A stretch of DNA of 63,336 nucleotides, the filler included, from Malacoraja senta (taxonomy: Eukaryota), in NCBI GenBank assembly GCA_038087875.1. It is 3 parts of 3 records of this genome, joined end to end, with 100 filler letters (N's around TTAATTAATTAA, not from the genome) between each part and the next. Parts side by side here need not be neighbours in the genome. Positions count along the whole stretch, not along the records: positions 1 to 29,153 come from JAXLNO010005003.1; 2 more parts are not named here. One strand, given 5' to 3'. The notes beneath the pieces were generated by a model. The model was not told the origin of the DNA, ran no database searches, and saw nothing but the letters and a program-made list of their open reading frames with translations. Positions 1-10,583 of this stretch are shown here, in pieces. A program made the translations under genes and the position numbers. Each line of letters opens with the position of its first letter. The stretch's first letter is position 1.

Positions 1-1290
1 CAGGGGCCGCATGATGTGGGCCGCGGATGGCACGAAACGATGGTAAAATGCCACCATGCCGACAAATTCCTGCAGGCCACGCACCGTGCGTGGGTGGGGA
101 AACCGACGGATGGCGTCGACCCTGTCAGGCAGGGGAACCGCGCCTTGCGCAGTCACGCGGTGGCCGAGGAAGTCAATTTCGCTCACCCCAAAACGGCACT
201 TGTCCAGGTTGATGGCCAAACCATGCTCGCTGAGCCGCTGACAGAGCTGCCGAAGGTGAGCGCAGTGTTCCTGTTGCGAGCGGCTGGCCACCAGGATGTC
301 GTCCAGGTACACGAACACGAAATCGAGGCCGCGACAAACCCCGTCCATGAGGCGCTGAAAGGCCTGTGCAGCGTTTTTGAGGCCGAACGGCATGCGAGTA
401 AACTCGTAAAGCCCGAATGGCGTGATGATCGCCGTCTTCGGCACGTCATCCGGGTGAACCGGGATCTGATTATAACCCCGTACCAGATCCACTTTGGAAA
501 ATATTGTGGCCCCAGCCAAATGGGCCGTGAAGTCCTGGATGTGGGGTACGGGGTATCGATCCGCTGTTGTTGCAGCGTTCAGCCGTCGGTAATCCCCACA
601 AGGTCGCCAGCCCCCGCTTGACTTGGGGACCATGTGGAGTGGGGACGCCCAAGGGCTGCTTGAAGGGCGGACGATCCCTAAGGCCTCCATCGTGCGGAAT
701 TCCCGCCGTGCCAGACACAGTTTATCTGGCGGCAGTCGCCGTGCTCGTGCATGGAGTGGTGGGCCGGTAGTGGGGATATAATGCAACACCCCGTGGCTGG
801 GGGTTGTTGATTGAAACTGCGCATGGAGAATGTCCGGGAACGCAGCCAAGATCCGTGAGAATCGGGAGTCCACGGACGCCAGTGGCCGTCCCACCGGTTG
901 ATCCACACGCAACGTGATCGGCTCCATCGTAGTGGCGTTGATCAAACGCTGACGCCCGACGTCCACCATGAGGGAATGCGCCCGGAGGAAATCGGCCCCG
1001 AGCAATGGTTGGGAGACATCGGCGATAGTGAACAGCCACGAGAAATGACAGGAGCCGAGCACGATGGGTACCATGCGCAGTCCATATGTGCGGATGGGGC
1101 TGCCGTTTGCCGCGGTGAGGACGGGCCCCTGCTTACCGGAACGAATGTCGGCCAGCGAAGGGGGCAGGACGCTGAGCTCCGCTCCAGTATCCACGAGGAA
1201 GCGGGTCCCGGAGCGCCGATCCCGGGCGAAAAGGCGGTGAATTTGGCCGGCCGCCGTGGGGACTATTGGCAGCCGGCCCAGGAGTTTCCC
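1..1290 (-). CDS. pol: Gypsy Pol (protease-RT), -1 frame relative to gag, truncated by the window edge
   Basis: Reads [10 protein letters not shown]...[14 protein letters not shown]...FPDIL...[10 protein letters not shown]...YLDD with no stop in the segments I translated. It is absent from the ORF track because it has no stop inside the window. Confidence 0.9.
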
Positions 1291-2180
1291 GGGAACATGC
1301 ACGGCTGGCGGCATTGTCGTGCTGCAGCACCCCAGAGCTGATGGTAGTAGCACCAGTTCTTCGTGTTGGTGCTACTTGGAGCTTGCCTGCTCCTGCTGCT
1401 GGTGCCTGCAGCCTGCTGACGCTGGACTGCAGGTGCAGTACGCCTCACTGCCGCTGGGGGTGATCGTACGGGCCGTCGGGCTGGAGCTGTCACTCCTTCC
1501 ACCGCTCCCCCGCCCCACCGGAGGAAATCGGGAGCTGCTGGGGTGACGTCATCGGCGTGCCTGCTGACGGCCAGCGCGTTGACGTCATCAGGGCGCGTCG
1601 ACCTCAGCGCGACCCCGTCTCTGCTGACGCCCAGCGCGCTGATGTCATCAGGGCGCGCCATCCACAGGGCGTCGGCGCGCCTCCCGAGGGCCCGAAGGTC
1701 GGCAAACGAGACGTCGGTGAGCTGCAACCGAATGTAGGCCGGCAGCAGATGCAGGTAAGTATACTCGAACAACAGGCACGGCGTGTGCCCGTCTAGTAAC
1801 GCCACCATCTCCTTTAGGAGCGTAGATGGCCGTCGGTCGCCCAGGCCCCCCATATGCAGGATCCTACTTGCCCGCTCCATCCTACTCAGTCCGTAAATCT
1901 GGAGCAGGAGCTCTTTCAGGCCGAGGTACTTATCATCGTTCGGGGGGTCTGCGAGGAAGTCCGTTACCTCTTCAACCGCATCCTGGTCGAGGGCTCCCAC
2001 CAGGTAATAGAAGCGGGTGGCATCGACCGTGATGCCCCGCAGGTTGAACTGGGCCTCCGCCTGCTGGAACCAGATGAGCGGCCGGGTGGTCCAGAAGTTG
2101 GGCAGTTTTACGGAGACCGCGTCCAGAGACAGGGCCGGGCCAGCCTGTGAGGAGGTAGGGCTTTGTCTTCTCTCCATCAT
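1263..2180 (-). CDS. gag: Gypsy Gag
   Basis: VSVKLPNFW...WFQQAEAQF...[11 protein letters not shown] capsid-like N-terminus and C-terminal [18 protein letters not shown] knuckle. The likely ATG at 2180 follows the PBS. Confidence 0.9.
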   Translation of the reverse strand: MMERRQSPTSSQAGPALSLDAVSVKLPNFWTTRPLIWFQQAEAQFNLRGITVDATRFYYLVGALDQDAVEEVTDFLADPPNDDKYLGLKELLLQIYGLSRMERASRILHMGGLGDRRPSTLLKEMVALLDGHTPCLLFEYTYLHLLPAYIRLQLTDVSFADLRALGRRADALWMARPDDISALGVSRDGVALRSTRPDDVNALAVSRHADDVTPAAPDFLRWGGGAVEGVTAPARRPVRSPPAAVRRTAPAVQRQQAAGTSSRSRQAPSSTNTKNWCYYHQLWGAAARQCRQPCMFPGNSWAGCQ

Positions 2181-2193
2181 GACGCCAATGGAG

Positions 2194-2208
2194 CGTCGGG
2201 GGTCACCA
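2194..2208 (-). promoter_or_regulatory. Primer binding site, tRNA-Trp-like
   Basis: Minus strand TGGTGACCCCCGACG matches the complement of the vertebrate tRNA-Trp 3' end (TGGTGACCCCGACG) with one extra C. Confidence 0.7.
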
Positions 2209-2209
2209 A

Positions 2210-2424
2210 TGTAGTGCGTGGGTCTCAAAAGAAAGCACGAAGTCGTGTTTTGAGAAGCACTGTTTATTAATATCCTCCCAGTTCTAGGGAAGACCAAACG
2301 AGAGGAGGATGGCACCCAAAACCCCTGCCTTTAAAGCCTCCGGCTAAGGGCCGCCTCCGGACTGAACCACTCCTGTGCCGAGGGGTTCGACCCTATGATG
2401 GCACGACCCTTGGGAGCCGCCACA
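2210..2424 (-). repeat. 5' LTR (215 bp) of the gypsy element
   Basis: TG...CA termini on the minus strand, AATAAA inside, directly followed by the PBS. The partner LTR is outside the window, so the outer end is not confirmed. Confidence 0.75.
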
Positions 2425-3039
2425 AAGTGTAAATTCACAACTATTTATTGTTCTGGGGTGGGTTATTTTGCACCATATAAACAGGCCAAAATATTTCTCC
2501 TTCCGTATCCCTAAGTTTATTTGATATACAATGATAAATACAAATCAATGGATCATTTAAATGTTTACTGTGCTGATGGAGACCATTCATCCTATCAGGC
2601 CAATGCCACCTCTCTACTGGAGAAAATCACTTGTTCAACCCCAGCCCTTCGACTGTAGTTTTGCATGTTTTTGCTCACAATTAGTTTATCCAATTCTCTC
2701 TTTGTGATGAAACATAAATAGGATTCAGATCAATGAACGGAGAAAGAAAATTTCAGGGGTACAAATGACTATCTTTATTACATCAAATTACAAGATAAAG
2801 CATTAAAAAAGCAATGAATCTCATGGCTTTCAGCTCAATGTGTTAAATGATAGAAGCCGTGGCAAATACCATCAAGTCTCACAGTCTTCTGCCCATTAGA
2901 GACTCCTATTTATGATGGCTGGTATAGAGATCTTGCAGGCCCAGCCACTGTACTTCAAAAGTTCTGCATTAAATCAAGCACCGAGCTATTCTTGCATGTC
3001 TCAGAGAAAAGAAAGGTTTAACTTATCCTTTAGCTACAC

Positions 3040-3710
3040 TGAACTGATACCCAAAGCAGAATGGATTATCTTTGGAATAACGGAAGATAGTCCAGAACTA
3101 AATGTGTTTCAAAAGAAACTAATAGACTATGGGTTAATAACTGGAAAAAAGTTAATCCTAAAATTTTGGAAAAATGCTCCAATACCAACTATAAACATGT
3201 GGATTTCAAATATGTTTGAAACATTACACCTAGAAGAGATAAGACTCCTCCTGGCAGGTAAACCAGACCACTTCCATCTGATGTGGTCGGCATTTATAGA
3301 ATTATTACAAATATAGGGTGCAAAGGTACTTTAAAAAAACTGAGGTCGGGTAGGGATGAAAATTGAAGATTTGGTATGTCCCATTTGCGGGATGCTGATA
3401 AAAAAGGTATTTGTTCTTCTCTTTTTCCTTTCTCTTTTTCTTCTTCTTTTCTAGGGTCTACTTCTTAACTCTTTTTCTTATAGGGTCTTTGTTCTTTCTT
3501 GTTGTCACGTTTTTTGTTGCTTTTTTTTACACTTTCACCTTTTCCTTCACTTTCCTCTTTCTCTTAATCTTATCCTCTCCCTTTATCAATGTAAAAAAAA
3601 AAAACAGAGTACATTAATTGTAATAAAATATATGTGACGAGTACTAATGGGCGTGGTTGTAACGTAATGTGCTTCTAATAAATAAAATTTAAAAAAAATA
3701 ATAATAATGT
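3040..3710 (+). mobile_element. 5'-truncated L1/Tx1-type LINE (ORF2 C-terminus, T-rich 3' UTR, A-rich tail)
   Basis: IIFG...KKLILKFWKNAPIPTINMWISNM..TLHLEEIR matches the L1 ORF2 C-terminus. AATAAA and an A-rich tail lie near 3680-3710. Confidence 0.8.
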
Positions 3711-4449
3711 GCAGTTAGCAGAAAATGTCATCATAGGTGAAAACCCTGTTTACCTTTTCCAATGCACTAAGGGCATAATGAACCCAACTACACAACATCT
3801 ACATGCCGTACACTTGAAATTCCAAACGCACGTTGCATAGAATTCCTTGTCCACTCTCAAACCCTCCAGCAAAGTGAGCAGCCTCCCTATCCATTCTTCC
3901 CATCAAAGATTGATAATTTTCCAGAGCTCCAAGAACTTAATATGTGATTCACCACCTTCTGACTCTAGAGATTCCTCCTTATCCCTTTCTAAAGATACAT
4001 CATGTTATTCTGAGAAATGTACTTGCCAAGACCATGGCATCTGCAGTTTTAGTCTCCTCATCTTAGGAAGAATGTTCTTGTTATGCAGGGAGTGCTGTGA
4101 AGGTTCATCAGATTTCAGGGATGGGAGGACTAATGTATGAAGGGTGATTTGGGCGATTAGTTTTACATTGTGATTAGGACCATTCAAAATCAACTACAAC
4201 ATTCTTATGGGTCTGTACAGATTGAAGAGAGTCAAGAGTGTTTTATTGTCATGTGTCCCAGATAATATAATGAAATTCTTACTCGCTGCAGCACAACGGA
4301 ATATGTAAACATAGTACACTGTAAACAATATGAAAAGCGAGGGAGAGAAAAAAAATCAGTGTGCATATATATACACATACTCACAGGTACACACACACAC
4401 ACATATATATGTGTATATATGTACGTATACATATATTCAAGAGGGAAAT

Positions 4450-4720
4450 CCGGTTAGTTCAGGGCCCAGTGGTCACAATCTGATGATCAGGCTTCAAGTT
4501 GAGATGAAGAGCGATTACTTCTCCCACAGAATGATGAAGGTGTGGAATGTTATACCACTGGAAGCAGTTGAACACAGACGATTGAATTTATACAAGGAGT
4601 TATATGTTATTTGTATGGTCAAAGGATCAGAGAAATAAAAGGATCAAGGTATACATTTTAGGTCACAATTGATCACATGGAATAATAGTTGAGGCTCAAA
4701 TGCCTGAATTCCTATTACTT
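4450..4720 (+). mobile_element. Old CR1 LINE 3' fragment
   Basis: GHNL..R...EMKSDYFSHRMMKVWNVIP is a decayed CR1 ORF2 C-terminal motif. Confidence 0.6.
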
Positions 4721-5608
4721 TTATATTCTGCATTTCAACATTTTTGTATTTATCGTGGCCACATTTCCTCTGCATCGAAGAACATGATAACTGGGATGCT
4801 TAAAAGGAACCGAGACCCTGGTGCCAATGCCTTTTTGCAGATGCATACATTGGTTTGGTGTTCACAAAGCAAGGACAAATCAGAAATAATTTTCTGAACA
4901 CGCCATCCATTGCTATTTCAATGTGCTTACCCAAGATACAAAAAAATAATACTATATTAATCTATATTAAAAAATGTTTGGATAAAATAAACAAAACACG
5001 GTCATCGAATGTCCCTGGGTAAGTCATCCACCCCCAGCCCTCCACCCCTTTGAGAAGTGGCTGAAGGGAGATATTAAAATACATAAAGCTTTTAAATGAA
5101 TCACTATGATGAAAACATTTCCACCATAAAATCCAGCAGGGAATTCGACAGAGAATGCTCCCTCTCCTCCCCTCCCACCCAATACAGGTGAGAATGAGGA
5201 TCCAGATCAATAAATTGCATTTAGGGGAAGGCTGGGCAAGCACAAAAGAGAAAAGAACAGTCGGTTCTACATTGGAGAATCCAGCATAGACTTGCCAACC
5301 ATGTTGCAGATCGCATAAGGTGGGAAGAGGCTCATGTGGACTATATGTGCCAGTATTGGCAGGATCGGCAGAGTGGCCTGTTCCTACACACTTGTCTCCT
5401 CTACAACCTTGTATTACTTTGACTGCCAATTCATTTTTGATCATTTTGTTCCCATTCATTCTTTAAAAAATACAAAATCAACTTTGACGTAAGATAACTG
5501 TGATTGATGCTGTTGCAAATAAATGGAGGCCTTACATTTTCTTAACAACAATTTAATTTTGCGCCTTGCATATTATATCTTTCATATTATATCTTGCATA
5601 TTCCATAT

Positions 5609-5831
5609 TGTTACATATGCTACATATTCATTGTAGCAGTCCCAACCTCCTGCACTACTTTGTATCAGGCACACTCACCACACACACACACACTGTGATT
5701 AGGTATGTAAGCACTTTCAGTATTACTACGCCACACAGACAAAGGAGCTGAATAAAGGAGTACAATAAGGCAACTGAAACAACCTGAATTGTGTCGTTTA
5801 TTATCAGGATATCAAACACGAAGACACAACA
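5609..5831 (+). repeat. 5' LTR
   Basis: Direct repeat of 10361-10583 with TG...CA ends and AATAAA. Confidence 0.97.
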
Positions 5832-5845
5832 TGGTGGCAGCGGTG
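5832..5845 (+). promoter_or_regulatory. Primer binding site, tRNA-Leu-like
   Basis: TGGTGGCAGCGGTG directly after the 5' LTR is complementary to the tRNA-Leu 3' end (CACCGCTGCCACCA). Confidence 0.8.
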
Positions 5846-5950
5846 ACTTTCGAGTAAAAAAAAACCGCGCTATTGTGAATCGCTATTGGGAATTAGGAAC
5901 AGCGGCTGCAGAGAAATTGATTTTTTTGTGCACCCGCCTAACAACACAAG

Positions 5951-8560
5951 ATGGCGGCCTCCACAGCAGCAATGAGCCTCCACCCTACGATGAACTGGGA
6001 CGCCGATGATGTGGTGGAGGCGTTCAAGAAATTCAAACAAAAGAGCCAGCTGGCATTCAAAAGCTTCCTGAAAGGAACTGCAGATGAAGAGAAGGTCAGT
6101 TATATTTTACTATGGCTCGGGGAGAAGGGTCTAGACATTTTTAACAGTTGGAGCTTAACAGAGCCCGACTGCAATAATCCGGGAATAGTCCTTGAAAGGT
6201 TTGCGAACCATATGGAGCCCAAATCAAACCACAGAATCCATCGGTATGAGTTCCAAGGGCTAAGACAAGACCCACAAGAAACAACCGACACTTTCCTGTC
6301 GAGACTAAGGAACGTGGCCAAGAAATGCAGATTTGGTGATGAAGATGACAGAATTGTCGACCAGCTAATATGGGGGTGCGCCCACCAAGAGGTCCAAAAG
6401 TCCCTAATAGGGAAAGACACCCTCAACCTAAAAGACGCCATAGATGCTGCCAGAGCTTTCGAAGCCACAAGGAAACAAATGTCCTCCCTCTGCCTTCAAG
6501 TTGGCTCATCTCAGAGCAGCACCAGAGTGAATATAGACGCTCTCTCAAAACGTGACCCTGGCTCCACCTTAAAGGCTCCAAAGCAGACATTTTCTAGGCA
6601 TGCAAACAAACAAGCAAGCCAAAGAAGCTGCTGGAACTGCGGTACAGAGCATGCATTTGATGATCGCAGGGAGTGCCCAGCATACGGGACTACCTGCAAA
6701 TCCTGTGGGAGGCCTAACCACTGGAAGAAAATGTGTAGGTCAACAAAATCATACAGCACCAAGCCAAAGCAGCAATGGTCAAAGAACGATAGAAATACGA
6801 GAAGGAAACAAATACACGCACACGTCCAACAGGAAGAGGAGATAACCTCAGATACCTCTGAGGAAGAATTCCTTTCCGTTGGGACCATTGACGTCCACGA
6901 AATGGGAAACAACAAACCACATAGCAACAGAGATGAAGCATATACTATAATACAACTACAGAAAAAAGTGGGAAAGAAAAGAACAACGATTAATCTAAGG
7001 CTCAAAATTGATACTGGAGCCCAGAGCAATATCTTACCAGTCAATCTTTACGGAAAGATATTCCCTGAACACATGACAAAAGATGGCAGCGTCAGGAAAG
7101 TAATCCTTGGAAGTAGCGATGTAGTCCTAGCTGCATACGGAGGTTCCATAATCCCACAGCTAGGCAAAACAATCATAGCAGGAACATACAAAGGGAAAGA
7201 AGTGAAATGCCCCTTCTACATCACTAAATCGAAAGGACCTGCTATTCTCGGCCTGAACACGTGCCAAAGACTGAAGATTGTGTCAATCAACCATGAAATC
7301 AAGACAAACTCCTGCAGAATTGACAGAAACATACCCATCAAAAACCGGCCGCCCATCAGGAACAAAGAAGAATTGATTGACATGTACCCAGAGTGTTTTG
7401 ACGATACCGTTGGTTGTTTTGAGGAATACGAATACCATATCACAGTAGACCCCAGTGTGAAACCAGTGATCCACCCACCCCGCCGTGTTCCCCTTGAACT
7501 GAAAGAGAGGCTAAGGGAACAACTAAACGAAATGGAAAAAAAGGGCATCATCACAGCAATAACTAAACCAACTGATTGGGTAAATTCAATTGTTATCAAA
7601 GAAAAGCCAAACGGAAAACTAAGGATATGCCTTGATCCCAGGGATCTGAACAATGCATTGAAGCGCGACCATTATCCAACTCCAACCCTTGAAGAGATCA
7701 CACCAGCACTGGCCGGTTCCAAGGTGTTCAGCAAGCTGGATGCTAGCAATGGATATTGGAACATCAAAATAGACCGAAAGTCATCAATGCTCACCACTTT
7801 CAACACGCCATTTGGCAGATTCAGATTCAACAGGCTCCCATTCGGGCTGAAGGTGAGTCAAGATGTCTTCCAGCGGAAAATAGATGAAACATACAAAGGC
7901 TGTAAAGGGGCAATCGGGATAGCAGATGATATCCAAGTATACGGCAGAGATGAAAACACGCATGATTACAACCTCCATGAGGCTATGGAAAAAACTCGAA
8001 GAGCCGGCATAAAGCTCAATGCAGACAAATGCATAATCAAAGAAAGGGAGTGCAAATTCTTTGGACTGATTTACTCTGCAGAAGGAGTGAAACCGGACCC
8101 AACAAAAGTGGATGCTATCAACCACATGGAGGAACCCAAAGACAAGAAACAGCTAAGAAGTTTCCTAGGGCTCATACAATACATGGGAGCCTTCATACCT
8201 AAGCTTGCTAATCACACAGCAAATCTCCGTGAATTGATGAAAGACGACGCTGAATTTGATTGGTGTGCTTCACATAGCCAAGATTTTGGGAAAATAAAAC
8301 AACTCATCAGCAAAGAAACGATCCTGCAGTACTATGACAGACAGAAACCTGTAACACTCCAAGTTGATGCCTCCATGAGAGGAGTTGGAGCAGTACTGAT
8401 ACAAAATGGCCGACCTATTGCGTATGCATCCAAAGCACTCACTCCTACAGAATCAAGGTACGCAAACATAGAGAGAGAACTCTTAGCAGTAGTCTATGGC
8501 TGCGAGAAATTTCACACTTACCTATATGGAAGGTATTTCGACATTGAAACAGACCTCTAG
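5951..8560 (+). CDS. Gag-Pol polyprotein part 1 (Gag with double Zn knuckle, protease, RT, most of RNase H), ending at a premature TAG
   Basis: CWNCGTEH...CPAYGTTCKSCGRPNHWKKMC, KIDTGAQ, LRICLDPRDLN, IADDI, VDAS, YANIERELLAV. Confidence 0.93.
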   Translation: MAASTAAMSLHPTMNWDADDVVEAFKKFKQKSQLAFKSFLKGTADEEKVSYILLWLGEKGLDIFNSWSLTEPDCNNPGIVLERFANHMEPKSNHRIHRYEFQGLRQDPQETTDTFLSRLRNVAKKCRFGDEDDRIVDQLIWGCAHQEVQKSLIGKDTLNLKDAIDAARAFEATRKQMSSLCLQVGSSQSSTRVNIDALSKRDPGSTLKAPKQTFSRHANKQASQRSCWNCGTEHAFDDRRECPAYGTTCKSCGRPNHWKKMCRSTKSYSTKPKQQWSKNDRNTRRKQIHAHVQQEEEITSDTSEEEFLSVGTIDVHEMGNNKPHSNRDEAYTIIQLQKKVGKKRTTINLRLKIDTGAQSNILPVNLYGKIFPEHMTKDGSVRKVILGSSDVVLAAYGGSIIPQLGKTIIAGTYKGKEVKCPFYITKSKGPAILGLNTCQRLKIVSINHEIKTNSCRIDRNIPIKNRPPIRNKEELIDMYPECFDDTVGCFEEYEYHITVDPSVKPVIHPPRRVPLELKERLREQLNEMEKKGIITAITKPTDWVNSIVIKEKPNGKLRICLDPRDLNNALKRDHYPTPTLEEITPALAGSKVFSKLDASNGYWNIKIDRKSSMLTTFNTPFGRFRFNRLPFGLKVSQDVFQRKIDETYKGCKGAIGIADDIQVYGRDENTHDYNLHEAMEKTRRAGIKLNADKCIIKERECKFFGLIYSAEGVKPDPTKVDAINHMEEPKDKKQLRSFLGLIQYMGAFIPKLANHTANLRELMKDDAEFDWCASHSQDFGKIKQLISKETILQYYDRQKPVTLQVDASMRGVGAVLIQNGRPIAYASKALTPTESRYANIERELLAVVYGCEKFHTYLYGRYFDIETDL

Positions 8561-10135
8561 AACAAATCGAGAAAAAAAAACCTCACCAAAGCACCAGCCA
8601 GACTACAGAGACTATTACTGAGGCTACAGCACTACGACTACAACATCAGATACAAGCCAGGAAAAGACCTGCTGCTAGCTGACGCCCTATCCAGACTATC
8701 AACACATGACAAACAAGAGATGGAAGGGCTGAGCATAAAGATCCACCACATTGTGAGTGTGACAAGCGTGAAGCTGGAACAGATCAAAGAGGAAACAGCC
8801 AGAGATGAAGAACTCCAGCTCCTCACCCAAATGGTAATACAGGGGTGGCCAGAAAAGAGACAACAAGTTCAGCCTCTCCTCCGCGAATACTGGACCATCC
8901 GTGATGATATTTCGGTAGAGAATGGAGTCCTGATGGCCGGATCACGAATCATCATACCCAAGTCCATGAAAAAAGAAATCCTCGAAAAGATCCACCAGGG
9001 ACACTTAGGAATGGAAAAGTGCAGACTCCGTGCTAAATCCGCTGTGTACTGGATAGGCATGTACAAGGACATAGAAAAGCTGGTATCTACATGCCACATA
9101 TGCCAAAAATACAGGAATTCACAACAGAAGGAGGAAATGACACCCAGTGATATCCCAAGCCGGCCATGGCAAACCATCGGAGCAGACCTGTTCACAGAGA
9201 ACCAGCAATGGTATTTGATTATGGCCTGCTACTACTCCAAATTCCCATTTGTGAGAAACGTAAAGGACTTGAAAGCTAAAACAATTGTGTCAATTGTTAG
9301 AGGGTTGTTTGCAGAGCAAGGAATACCTGAGCAGATCGTATGTGACAATGGAACCCAATTCACATCTCGGGAATTCAGAGAGCTAGCCACCGAATACGGG
9401 TTCAAAATCACAACATCTTCACCACATTACCCAAAGGGCCATGGGTTTATTGAAAGGCAAGTACAGACAGCCAAGAAAACACTAATAAAATGCCGAGAGG
9501 CAAAGGAGGATCCAAACCTGGCACTTTTATCCTTACGGGCAACTCCACTAAAGGCTGACATGAAGTCTCCTGCAGAAATGCTAAATGGCAGGAAATACAA
9601 AACCACCCTGCCAAGCAAAATCCAACCCCCTATCGACCAAGAAGAAACAAGGGCAAAATTGGCAGCTGCCCAGGAGGAGGGGCTGAAACAATACAACAAA
9701 AATGCACAGTACTTGCCTGAACTATTTCAAGGCCAAAACGTACATGCTCAGGATCCAACAACAAAGAAATGGACCCCAGCACAAATCACTAGCAGGGCTG
9801 GAACCCCAAAATCATATATCATAGAGACAGAACCGGGCAGGCAGTTGAGACGAAACAGAATTCACATCCGCCCGACACCTGAAATGTCAACACCTGCAAC
9901 TCCAAAGACAACACCAGCAACTCCTAGGACACCACCCACAGCAGCAGCAACACCTGCCATTGATGACAACACATTCTCACAAACTGCTACCAGTGAGTCA
10001 TATAGTCAACCAGCACCAACCAATGGCCAGGAAACAACTCAACAAGTTACCAATACATCGAGTGCAACACTGCAGGCAACAACCAGATCTACTAGATCCA
10101 GGAGCAACATCTTACCCCCAGCGCGTTATCGCTAG
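8561..10135 (+). CDS. Gag-Pol part 2 (end of RNase H and integrase), same frame as part 1 beyond the stop
   Basis: KAPARLQRLLLRLQHYDY, HHCC (HQGH...CHIC), DD35E core (GADLF, CDNGTQF, IERQV), C-terminal RRNRIHIRP. Confidence 0.9.
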   Translation, partial: NKSRKKNLTKAPARLQRLLLRLQHYDYNIRYKPGKDLLLADALSRLSTHDKQEMEGLSIKIHHIVSVTSVKLEQIKEETARDEELQLLTQMVIQGWPEKRQQVQPLLREYWTIRDDISVENGVLMAGSRIIIPKSMKKEILEKIHQGHLGMEKCRLRAKSAVYWIGMYKDIEKLVSTCHICQKYRNSQQKEEMTPSDIPSRPWQTIGADLFTENQQWYLIMACYYSKFPFVRNVKDLKAKTIVSIVRGLFAEQGIPEQIVCDNGTQFTSREFRELATEYGFKITTSSPHYPKGHGFIERQVQTAKKTLIKCREAKEDPNLALLSLRATPLKADMKSPAEMLNGRKYKTTLPSKIQPPIDQEETRAKLAAAQEEGLKQYNKNAQYLPELFQGQNVHAQDPTTKKWTPAQITSRAGTPKSYIIETEPGRQLRRNRIHIRPTPEMSTPATPKTTPATPRTPPTAAATPAIDDNTFSQTATSESYSQPAPTNGQETTQQVTNTSSATLQATTRSTRSRSNILPPARYR

Positions 10136-10360
10136 CACTGGAAGGGACAAGTCACGCCAAGACATGACTCTTGACTGGCTACGCACTACCTGAAAGAAAA
10201 CAAGCTGCCATTATATATTTTGTTGTGTAGTATAGTAGAAAGCAGAATGCCATGAATGTGGGCAGAATAATCCCACGGTATCTGCTACAGGATTGCCACC
10301 CTCGCTCTGGCAATCCTCTAGTGTCACTAATTTTTGTTCCTTTCTTTTGAGAAGGGGGGA

Positions 10361-10583
10361 TGTTACATATGCTACATATTCATTGTAGCAGTCCCAACCT
10401 CCTGCACTACTTTGTATCAGGCACACTCACCACACACACACACACTGTGATTAGGTATGTAAGCACTTTCAGTATTACTACGCCACACAGACAAAGGAGC
10501 TGAATAAAGGAGTACAATAAGGCAACTGAAACAACCTGAATTATGTCGTTTATTATCAGGATATCAAACACGAAGACACAACA
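10361..10583 (+). repeat. 3' LTR
   Basis: Preceded by a polypurine tract and followed by the TSD CATAT. Confidence 0.97.

Larger units (their letters stand above)
1..2424 (-). mobile_element. Ty3/gypsy LTR retrotransposon, 5' part (5' LTR, PBS, gag, pol running off the window start)
   Basis: Minus strand: LTR TGTGGCGG...CTACA (2424-2210), PBS, gag ORF, then protease ([13 protein letters not shown]) and RT motifs ([30 protein letters not shown]) by manual translation. Confidence 0.95.
5609..10583 (+). mobile_element. Full-length Ty3/gypsy (Mag-like clade) LTR retrotransposon
   Basis: Two 223-bp TG...CA LTRs (5609-5831, 10361-10583) differing at one position. 5-bp TSD CATAT (5604-5608, 10584-10588), PBS at 5832, PPT GAGAAGGGGGGA at 10349-10360, PR-RT-RH-IN domain order. 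Confidence 0.97.

Noticed and set aside
16-1341. Plus-strand ORFs of 201 and 147 aa
   Set aside because: Antisense shadows of the GC-rich gypsy pol frame.
4962-5459. 165-aa minus-strand ORF
   Set aside because: No domain similarity, non-ATG start, and it overlaps decayed CR1-like sequence.
6100-9699. Minus-strand ORFs within the LTR element
   Set aside because: Antisense to gag-pol with no recognisable domains.
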